The notes beneath the pieces are model-generated. The model was not told the origin of the DNA. It searched no databases and saw nothing but the letters and a program-made list of their open reading frames with translations. 64,000 nt of DNA from contig OZ024761.1 in NCBI GenBank assembly GCA_964016885.1, forward strand, positions 29,078,001-29,142,000, written 5' to 3'. The stretch comes from Eledone cirrhosa (Eukaryota). Each line of letters begins with the position of its first letter. The first letter of the stretch is position 1. The position numbers were made by a program, and so were the translations under genes. This document shows, piece after piece, positions 54,024 to 64,000 of this stretch.

Positions 54024-54345
54024 CTTTATGGTATTCATTTTGACTCTCTACTCTCTGAGTTCAAATCCCACCGAGGTCAACTTTGCCTTTCATCGATTCA
54101 AGGTCATTAAAAAAAAAACGTACCAGTCAAGTACTGGGGTGGATTCTTCCTCTATATCCCTTTCTCACTTCCATTCTCTCACACTCACTTCTCTGGAAAA
54201 AATCTGCTGTATTCGAACCTAGAAAGGAGATATGCTCCACCAGGTTTAAAACAAAAATGCCCTAGAAAGCCCCATGTTAATACAGCATCCCTACGACTCC
54301 CTCAGAAGTTATGGGAACATGTATGTATGCTACATTATATACTAC

Positions 54346-54532
54346 TGGATTGGCAGTATCGGTAGAGGGTCTGACACCATGCTTTGCAGCAAAGAGTTAC
54401 GGCCCTTTATGATCTGAGTTCAAATCCCGCCGAGGTCAACTTTGCCTTTCATCCTTACGGGGTGGTCAATAAAATAAAGCACCAGTAATACACTGGGATA
54501 ATTGCTGGCCTTGTGCCAAAAGTAGAATCAAT
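54346..54532 (+). mobile_element. SINE family 3, near full length
   Basis: tggcagtatcgg A-box-like, gagttcaaatcc B box, gcctttcatccttacgggg body. Confidence 0.87.
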
Positions 54533-54577
54533 TATATACTATACACAATACTGCAAGCAAACTACATTTTATTTTAA

Positions 54578-54774
54578 CCCTTTAGCATTCACATTACTCT
54601 ATATATACTATTATATTTTCATGGTAAAGGCTTTACCTCACATAATATCGAAACTATGAGATTTTGAAAGTATTTATTTTGAGAACAATACCTTAACATC
54701 AGTTTGAGCGACCAGTTATGGCCAGTTTCAACAGAAGGAGGTAGAGAATTGTGGCCGGTTTGAACACTAAAGGG
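54578..54774. mobile_element. piggyBac-type MITE with TTAA TSD
   Basis: ttaa|ccctttagcattca ... tgaacactaaaggg|ttaa; second copy at 59761-59955. Confidence 0.85.
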
Positions 54775-54795
54775 TTAAAATAAACAACATTTATT

Positions 54796-54832
<37 letters not shown>

Positions 54833-55071
54833 ACTAGCCTATGTAAAAATTATCTCCTGTGATTATTCATGTTTATATTCTTTTATATATATGTTGATCA
54901 ATTTCTAGTTATATATATACCTATATATTTATGATTGTTTTTTGTTTGACTGGGGGTTACGAGCAGGGGGAGTTAAAATAGAAAATATTTTGTTTTTTGT
55001 TAAAATACACAATTAGAAATATATGAATTCAGTTTCTGTCTTTTTTTAAATTATTATTATTATTATTATTT

Positions 55072-55210
55072 CGGACACCATGCTTTGAAGCATAGAGTTA
55101 CGTTCAAATCCCGCCAAGGTTAACTTTGCCTTTCATCCTTACGGGGTCGATAAAATAAAGTACCAGTAATGTATTGGGTAATTGCTGGCCTTGTACCAAA
55201 AATAGAAACT
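55072..55210 (+). mobile_element. SINE family 3 with internal deletion
   Basis: gttcaaatcccgccaaggttaactttgcctttcatccttacggggtcgat. Confidence 0.82.
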
Positions 55211-55644
55211 ATTATTATTATTATTATTATTACAAAATTTTGTTCTAATTTTAAAAATAATAATCATTTGTTCCTCATGACAGATTTCTACAAATCTGCC
55301 AATATTGTGTGGTGGGGTGGAGGGTGGGGTATGGGGTGGGGGTGGGGTGGAGGGTGGGGTATGGTGAGGTGTGTAATGGGGCTGGTGGAGGAACCTCACA
55401 AATCTGCGAATATTCTGTGGGGGTGGTGAAGAAACAACAACAAATCTGTGTATATCCTGTGGAGGGTGGTATGGAGTGTGGCCAGGGGCTTGGTGAAAGA
55501 ACTTCAACAAATCTACCAATATCATGTGGGGTGGTGTTGTGAGGGGTCGGTAAAGGAACAACAACAACAAAAAAAGCCAAATTTTTGTCTTGTTTTATTT
55601 TACATTTTGCTTTGTTGTTGTTGTTTATATATATATATATATAC

Positions 55645-55683
<39 letters not shown>

Positions 55684-56057
55684 TTAATTTGATATTTATA
55701 AAAACCCTCAAGGAAAAGAATAAAAAAAATATGGTAGTGAGGATGATGATGATGATGATGATGGTGGTGGTGATGATGATGATAATGATTGTGATGATGA
55801 CGACGGTGATGATGGTGTTGGTGGTGGTGGTGGTGATGATAATGATGATGGTGATGATGATGTCGACGGTGATGATGGTGGTGGTGGTGGTGGTGATAAT
55901 GATGATGATGGTGATGATGATGAAGAGAAAATCTCAAGAATAATTTTCAAACATTGTCTTTAAATACATTGTCTAAACTTTCTCAGAAGAAGAATTATTA
56001 GTACTATAAATTGATTTATTCCGATCAGTGTTCTTGTCTTTGGACAATGGCAACACC

Positions 56058-56750
56058 ATTTTATTTTACTGACCAAGTAGGGATGAAAGGCAAAGTTAGC
56101 CTTCGTGCCTTTCTTGGCAGGCCTCGGTTGGGGATTTAGCCAGATCAATTGGAGACAGTTGCTTCTGACAGGACCTACTAGAAGGTGTATTTGAGGATCT
56201 TCTCAGGAATAAGTGGGTGAAGAAAAAGTAGATGAAGGATGAAAGGCAAAGTTAGCCTTGGTGCCATTTTTGGCTGACCTCATATAGGGATCCAGCCAGA
56301 TCAACTGGTGACAGTTGCTTGTAACAGGAACTGCCAGAAGGAGTATTTGAGGGCCTACTCAGGAATAAGTGGACGAAGAAGAAGTAGATGAAGGATAAAG
56401 GGCAAAATTGTTCTTTGTGCCATTCTCAGCTGGCCTTGCTTGGGGATCCAGTTGCTTCTGACAGGAACTGCTGGAAGGAGTGTTTGAGGAACTGCTCATG
56501 AATAAGTGGGCAAAGAAAAAGGAGACAAAGGATAAAGGGCAACATTGTACTTGAGGACATTTTTGGCTGACCTCGCTTAGGGACCCGGCCAGATCAATTG
56601 GAGACATTTGCTTCTGGCAGGAACAGCCAGGAGTATTTGAGGACCTTCTCAGGAATATGTGGGTGAAGAACTAGACGAAGGATGAAGGGCAAAGTTGTCC
56701 TTGGTAAGATTTCAATTCAGAATGTAAAAATCCCAAACAAATACTGCAAC
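56058..56750 (-). repeat. ~140-155-bp diverged tandem array embedded in a SINE family 3 copy
   Basis: ggatgaaaggcaaagtt-like motif at ~56081, 56237, 56392, 56530 and 56680; SINE sequence continues at both ends. Confidence 0.7.
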
Positions 56751-58105
56751 CCTCAAATGATTTCAATTTTTAGGGAAAAAAACAAAACCCCAGCGATTTG
56801 AGACAGGAAGAGGAAGTTGATTATATTGGCCCCTCAATACATAACTGATCCTTCTTTTTATCGGCCCCAGAAGAATGAGTCTATCTGTGTGTGTGTGTAG
56901 GTGCACATGTCTATGTGCATGTGTGCATTAGTCTCTGTGTGTGCATGGATGTGTGCATTAGTCTCTGTGTGTTTTTATAATATTGTTGCTGCTACTGTTG
57001 TTGCTGTTTTTTTTGGGGGGGGGGGGGCGAGATATAGTGTTGTATTTTTCTTTACATCTCACCTCCCCCCTCCCCCCCTCCTTGTAATAGTGAAGGTTGT
57101 TGTTAGTATTGTTGCTACTGTTCCTATTGTTGCTGTTATTATTGTTGCTGGTCTTGTCATTGTTATTGCTGTTGTTGTTGTTATTATTGTTGCTGTTGTT
57201 GTTATTATTGGTGGTGGTGTTGTTATTAGTGTTGCTGTTGTTGTTGTTATGGTTTCTATTGTTATTATTATTGCTATTGTTGTTATTATTGTTGTTATTA
57301 TTGTTGATGTTATTATTGGTGTTATTGTTGCTGCTGCTGCTGCTGTTGTTGTTGTTGTTGCTATTGTTATCATTGTTGTTGTTGTTGTTGTTGGTTCTTG
57401 TGATTTCCAAATTTAAACTTTCCCATTATTAATGTAAAAATATTTCTTTGTTTAACAGGGTCGTTAGCTTGTTTTTGATCCTCCTTCTTCAGACACACAC
57501 ACACACACACATGCACACACACACAGACACAGGCAGACACACACACATGCACACACACAGACACACAGACAGAGACTCGTGCACACACATACACATACAG
57601 ACATATACACAGACCCATGTACACACACATAGACTCACGCACAGACACACACACATAGACACACATACAGACATAGACACATGCACACACAAACACCCAG
57701 ACAGAGATTAATTCACACACACACACATTTATATATACACACACACATATACCCACCAAGAATACCTCCCCCCCCTCCTCCATTTGTAGCTTCGTTACAA
57801 TTAATATCGGAAATTATTGTAATTTAAGATAACAACAAATTAATTTAGTTTCACTTGGCTATTTTCAGAACTGAACTATTTTGTGTGTCTTGCTGTGTCA
57901 CTGTGTGTGTGTGTGTGTGTGTACTTTTGTCTGTGTATCTGTGTGTGTTCTGTGTGTGTGTACTGTGTGTGTGTGTGTACTGTGTGTGTATGTACTGTGT
58001 GTGTGTGTACTTTTATCTGTGTGTGTGTGTGTGTTTGCACTTTTGTCTGTGTGTCTGTGTGTGTGTGTATGACTGTGTCTCTGCCTTTGTGTGTATGTGT
58101 ACTTT

Positions 58106-58147
<42 letters not shown>

Positions 58148-58429
58148 TTTATCTGTGTGTCACTGTGTGTGTGTATCTATGTGTGCCTCCACTTCTGTGT
58201 GTGCTTTTGTGTACTTTTGTGTGTGTCTCTCTATGAGATGTCTGTGTCTGACTGTGTGTCACTGTGTGTGTATCACTGTGTGTGTGTCACTGTGTGTGTG
58301 TGCGCCTCTCTGTGTGAGCTCAGTGTCTGTGTCACTGTGTGTGTGAGATGTCTGTGTCTGAGTGTCTACGTGTGTTTCTGCCTGTGTGTATCACTGTGTG
58401 TCTGCCTCTATGTGAGGTCAGTGTCTGTG

Positions 58430-58591
58430 TGTCCCTCAGCATCAAAGTGTGTGTGTGTGTGTATGCCTCAGCCTCAGAGTGTGTGTGTGTGTGTATGCCT
58501 CAGCCTCAGTGTGTGTGTGTGTATTTGTGTATGCCTCAGCCTCAGTGTGTGTGTGTATCTGTGTGTGTGTGTATTTGTGTGTGCCTCAGCC

Positions 58592-58627
<36 letters not shown>

Positions 58628-58960
58628 CCTCAGCCTCAGTGTGTGTGTGTATTTGTGTGTGCCTCAGCCTCAATGTGTGTGTGTGTGTGTGTGTGTGTGA
58701 GCCTCAGCCTCAGTATGTGTGTGTATTTGTGTGTGTCTCAGCCTCAATGTGTGTGTGTGTGTGTGAGCCTCAGCCTCAGTGTGTGTGGGTGTCTGTGTGT
58801 GCCTCAGCCTCAATGTGTGTGTATTTGTGTATGCCTCAGCCTCAGTGTGTGTGTCTATTTGTGTATGCCTCAGCCTCAGTGTATGTGTGTGTATTTGTGT
58901 ATGCCTCAGCCTCAGTGTATGTGTGTGTATTTGTGTGTGTCTCAGCCTCAGTGTGTGTAT
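58430..58960. repeat. gcctcagcctca plus (GT)n minisatellite
   Basis: About 14 copies. Confidence 0.88.
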
Positions 58961-59221
58961 ACAATACCATTTATTCTAAAGTTTTTATATTCATCTAAAA
59001 AACCTTCCATCATGATTTTATATAAAATACTTTGTCAAGTCTCGTTCTAAATTCCAAACACCAGTTAAATAATTTAAAACTAGTTATTTTATTAAACCTC
59101 TATAAATTCTTGACTAGTTTACAAGTGATTTGAAAACCATAATATGTTATCAAAGGGGTTAATTTTCACTTTATTTCATTATAAACCTGCCTCAAAAACA
59201 CCTGCTTTAAAGGGTTCTCAT

Positions 59222-59645
59222 CTTTCTCATCTGTCCCATAGTCTGGTGAACTGTTGCGGAACCACAGATGACCTGGCAACCAGCTCCTTCCATTGCCTCT
59301 CCACCTTCCTCATGGTTTCACCCAGCTTTATGCCTGTCCATTCCGGGATGTTATCCCCCTATCCCTTTTTCTGCCTGCCTCTCTTCCTCCCTCCTTGTAC
59401 TGTTTCCTGCAGGACAGTCTTGGTAAACCCTAAAGATCTTGTCATATGCCTGTACCATCTTAATTTGCGTTATTTTACAATGGTCAGTAGGTCTTCGTAG
59501 GGCCCCGATGGCTAGCCAAATTCTGTTTCACACCTCATTGGAGATGCACTCTCTGTAGGTGATGCCAATGAGCTTTCTGAAGCATCTCATCTCCATAGTC
59601 TGTACCCTTCTTTCCAGATCTGCTGTTATTGTCCAAGACTCACTG
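59222..59645 (-). mobile_element. RTE (BovB-like) LINE 3' fragment, disrupted
   Basis: Minus-strand translation ESWTITADLERRVQTMEMRCFRKLIGI...GPYEDLLTIVK*RKLRWYRHMTRS...TVLQETVQGGRKRGRQKK. Confidence 0.85.
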
Positions 59646-59760
59646 TTATTGTCTATGACGTAAAGGGCATAATTAAAGGGTCTAAGACTTAAAGGGTATA
59701 ATTAAAGGGTCTAAGACTTAAAGGATATATCTATAATTTGACATAAGAACTTTTTCTTAA

Positions 59761-59955
59761 CCTTTTAGCATTTACATAACTCTATATTTACTATTGTATT
59801 CTCATGGTAAACACTTTATCTCACATAATTATCTCATATCATATCGAATCTACAAGATTTTGATGTTATTTATTTTGAGAACAATAGCTTAATGTCAGTA
59901 TGAGCAGCTGGTTATGGCCGGTTTGAACAGAAAGAGGTGAAAGAATTCTAGCCGA
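59761..59955. mobile_element. piggyBac-type MITE copy lacking its right TIR
   Basis: ttaa|ccttttagcatt...; homologous to 54578-54774; runs into the 30-bp array. Confidence 0.75.
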
Positions 59956-61063
59956 TGTAGTTATAGTGTTGTTTTGTACTTTTGATGTAGTTATAGTGTT
60001 GTTTTGTACTTTTGATGTAGTCATAATGTTGTTTTGTACTTTTGATGTAGTCATAGTGTTGTTTTGTACTTTTGATGTAGTCATAATGTTGTTTTGTACT
60101 TTTGATGTAGTCATAATGTTGTTTTGAACTTTTGATGTAGTCATAATGTTGTTTTGTACTTTTGATGTAGTCATAATGTTGTTTTGAACTTTTGATGTAG
60201 TCATAATGTTGTTTTGTACTTTTGATGTAGTTATAGTGTTGTTTTGTACTTTTGATGTAGTCATAGTGTTGTTTTGTACTTTTGATGTAGTCATAATGTT
60301 GTTTTGTACTTTTGATGTAGTTATAGTGTTGTTTTGTACTTTTGATGTAGTTATAGTGTTGTTTTGTACTTTTGATGTAGTTATAGTGTTGTTTTGTACT
60401 TTTGATGTAGTCATAGTGTTGTTTTGTACTTTTGATGTAGTCATAATGTTGTTTTGAACTTTTGATGTAGTCATAATGTTGTTTTGTACTTTTGATGTAG
60501 TTATAGTGTTGTTTTGTACTTTTGATGTAGTCATAATGTTGTTTTGTACTTTTGATGTAGTCATAATGTTGTTTTGTACTTTTGATGTAGTTATAGTGTT
60601 GTTTTGTACTTTTGATGTAGTTATAATGTTGTTTTGTACTTTTGATGTAGTTATAATGTTGTTTTGTACTTTTGATGTAGTTATAGTGTTGTTTTGTACT
60701 TTTGATGTAGTTATAGTGTTGTTTTGTACTTTTGATGCAGTGATAATGTTGATTTATACTTTTGATGTAGTCATAATGTTGTTTTGTACTTTTGATGTAG
60801 TTATAATGTTGTTTTGTACTTTTGATGTAGTTATAGTGTTGTTTTGTACTTTTGATGTAGTTATAGTGTTGTTTTGTACTTTTGATTCAGTGATAATGTT
60901 GATTTGTACTTTTGATGTAGTTATAATGTTGATTTATACTTTTGATGTAGTTATAGTGTTGTTTTGTACTTTTGATGTAGTTATATTGTTGTTTTGTACT
61001 TTTTATTCAGTGATAATGTTGTTTTGTACTTTTGATGCAGTGATAATGTTGATTTATACTTTT
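59954..61063. repeat. 30-bp minisatellite (~37 copies)
   Basis: gatgtagt(t/c)ata(g/a)tgttgttttgtactttt. Confidence 0.97.
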
Positions 61064-61781
61064 CAAGGATGCCTTGTTAATGTGGTTTTGTGCGGGTGGT
61101 ACAGGACATAATGAGTTAATGATGCCGTTAGGCTGTTGTCTACCTCTAAAAAGCATTCAAGACAAAGTCTCCACTTTGAGGATACCTCCCTTCCTCCCTC
61201 CATCCTCACCCATCTTCACCCTCTCACCTTTCCTCATCATCATCCTCATCCGATCACTCCCACCACTCTCACCTGTCAATACAGGCTCTGGGGGAGAGAG
61301 AGTCAAAGACATCCTCTTTGGATTCGCCATTAAAAACAAAAACAAACAAACAAACAAACAAACAAAACAAACAACAAGCAACCAAAACCAAAACAACAGC
61401 AACAACAATAACAACAGCAACAACAATAACAACAACAGCAACAATAACAACAACAGAAACTAGAAATGTCCAACCGAACTACATATTTCTGTCATGGTGC
61501 CAATATTGGCAACCAATTTCTAAAACTGATTATTTAGACGGAAATTTTATGGTGAGCATGAACAACACAGCCCCTCCCTGGGGGGGACCAAACACATCAA
61601 AAGAAAACAAAGGGAAGAAAACAAAACAAGTTATTTTCAAATGTGTTTAGTAGATATAAGAGCTGAAAGACAATCAATTAAGCTAATTAAACTAATTAGA
61701 ACATGATTTTCAAAACAATTAACATCTGTTTTGGTATTTGAAAATAAAAACAAACAGGAATTCATTTTGGTTATATTGCAA

Positions 61782-62676
61782 GTGGTAGTAGTAGTAGTGG
61801 TGGTGGTGGTGGTGGTGGTGGTGGTAATGGTAGTAGTAGTAGTGGTGGTGGTGGTGGTGGTAATGGTGGTGGTAGTGGTGGTGGTGGTGATGGTGGTGGT
61901 AGTGGTAGTAGTGGTGGTGGTGGTGGCGGTGGTGGTGGTGGTGGTGGTAGTGGTGGTAATAGTAGTAGTAGTAGTGGTGGTGGTGGTGGTGGTAGTAGTA
62001 GTAGTGATGGTGGTGGTGGTGGTGGATGTGGTAGTAGAAATAGTAGTAGTAGTGGTGGTGGTGATAGTGGTGTTGGAGGTGTTAGTAGTAATAGTAGTAG
62101 TAGTGGTGGTGGTGGTGATAGTGATGTTGGGGGTGGTAGTAGTAGTAGTAGTAGTAGTGGTGGTGTTGATAGTGGTGTTGGTGGTGATAGTGGTGTAGGT
62201 GGTGGTAGTAGTAATAGTAGTGGTGGTGGTGGTGGTGGTAGTAATAGTAGTAGTGGTGGTGGTGATAGTGAGTGGTGTTGGTGGTGGTAGTAGTAATAAT
62301 AGTTGTAGTGGTGGTAGTGGTAGTAATAGTAGTAGTGGCGGTGGTGATAGTGAGTGGTGTTGGTGGTGGTAGTAGTAGTGGTGGTGGTGGTAGTAATAGT
62401 AGTAGTGGCGGTGGTGATAGTGAGTGGTGGTGGTAGTAGTAGTGGTGGTGGTGGTAGTAATAGTAGTAGTGGCGGTGGTGATAGTGAGTGGTGTTGGTGG
62501 TGGTAGTAGTAATAATAGTAGTAGTGGCGGCAGTGATAGTGAGTGGTGTTGGTGGTGGTAGTAGTAATAGTAGTAGTAGTGGTGGTGGTGGTGGTAGTAA
62601 TAGTAGTAGTGGCGGTGGTGATAGTGGTGTTGGTGGTGGTAGTAGTAATAATAGTAGTAATAGTAGTAGTGGTGGT
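61782..62676. repeat. (GGT/AGT)n compound trinucleotide repeat
   Basis: Direct reading of the sequence. Confidence 0.9.
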
Positions 62677-62695
62677 ACTGCCAATAAAAATAATG

Positions 62696-63100
62696 GTTTC
62701 TGACTCAGGCACAGGGCCAGCAATTTTGGGGGGAGGGGAAAGTCGATTAAATCGACCCCAGTACATTACTGGTACTTTATTTTATCGACCCCGTAAGGAT
62801 GAAAGGCAAAGTTAACCTCGGTAGGATTTGAACTCAGAACACAAAGGGCCGTAACTCTATGCTGCAAAACATGTCGTCCGACCCTCTACCGATACTGTCC
62901 ATTCACCGCCATTGTTTCTACTTTTGGCACAAGGTCAGCAAATACCCCCAGTGCATTACTGGTGCTTTATTTTATCGACTCCCGTAAGGATGAAAGGCAA
63001 AGTTAACCTCAGTAGGATTTGAACTCAGAACACAAAGGGCCGTAACTCTTTGCTGCAAAACAAGATGTCCGACTCTCTACTGATACTGCCAATCCACCAC
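62696..63100 (-). mobile_element. Tandem pair of SINE family 3 copies (62696-62910 and 62912-63100)
   Basis: Same motifs as 53364-53580 and 14463-14645. Confidence 0.88.
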
Positions 63101-63504
63101 TCTGCCCTAACGATGATAATAATAACGATTTCTTTAATAAAGAAGGAAAAGAAGAAGGAAAGGAATTCATTAATAATAGATATGTGAACGTGAGAATCTC
63201 TTGTATGGAGACAAAGGCCTCGCTCACAAAAAAACATGCATGTTTCTAGAGAAGAACAGAAAGACAGACGCTGAGAGGCATGTATGTACCTGTAGGGATG
63301 TAATAAAATGTAAGGCATGCTTAAACATGATAATATATTTCATTGCTGAGGCCACCACCACCACTACTACCACCACCACTGCCACCATCAACAACAACAA
63401 CAATAACAACAACAACACTACAACCACCACTGACACCATCACCACTTAGTCCATTGCCACTACTGTGTTGGTGGTGGTGGTGGTGGTGGTGGTGGAATTG
63501 GTGG

Positions 63505-63900
63505 TTATGGTGGTTGAGGTGAAAGTGGTGGTGGTAGCGGTCGAGGTGAAAGTGGTGGTGGTGGCTGAGGTGAAAGTGGTGGTGGTGGTTGAGGTGAAAG
63601 TATTGGTGGTGGTGGTGGCTGAGGTGAAAGTGGTGGTGGTGGTGGTGGCTGAGGTGAAAGTGGTGGTGGCGGTGGTTGAGGTGAAAGTGGTGGTGGTAGC
63701 GGTCGAGGTGAAAGTGGTGGTGGTGGCTGAGGTGAAAGTGGTGGTGGTGGTTGAGGTGAAAGTGGTGGTGGTGGTTGAGGTGAAAGTGGTGGTGGTGGTG
63801 GCTGAGGTGAAAGTGGTGGTGGTGGCGGTGGCTGAGGTGAAAGTGGTGGTGGCGGTGGTTGAGGTGAAAGTGGTGGTGGTGGTGGTGGTGGTGGTGGTGG
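63505..63900. repeat. gaggtgaaagtggtggtggt minisatellite (24-30 bp unit)
   Basis: About 14 copies. Confidence 0.88.
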
Positions 63901-64000
63901 TAGTGCTTGTCATTTTTTATGATCATCTTGATTACTGCCATTATCATCATCATCATCGTCACCATCATTGCGATGTTAGTCATTTTATTCTCACTACTAC

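Overview
Repeat-dominated animal genomic DNA, most likely an octopus or other coleoid cephalopod. This is inferred from the SINE families, RTE LINEs and very dense (TA)n/(CA)n/(GGT)n microsatellites. I find no intact host protein-coding gene; nearly all ORFs in the track are microsatellite or minisatellite artefacts. Recognisable content is RTE-clade LINE fragments, three tRNA-derived SINE families, Mariner-, piggyBac- and hAT-type MITEs, a Helentron-like non-autonomous element, and several satellites, including a near-perfect 147-bp array. The most notable signal is a recurrent set of Penelope-like element (PLE) insertions in (TA)n tracts, most carrying type I hammerhead ribozyme (HHR) motifs and built as fold-back inverted repeats. 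The largest is a ~4-kb palindrome (about 27830-31790) with a GIY-YIG endonuclease remnant and an HHR in each arm. A ~285-bp non-coding HHR mini-element occurs several times with the same 5' fold point and the same truncation point. In the cases whose orientation can be read, a long arm ends in or near (TA)n and a shorter inverted arm stops at a TA microhomology. This suggests cDNA snap-back second-strand synthesis during insertion. All coordinates and folds were read by eye.
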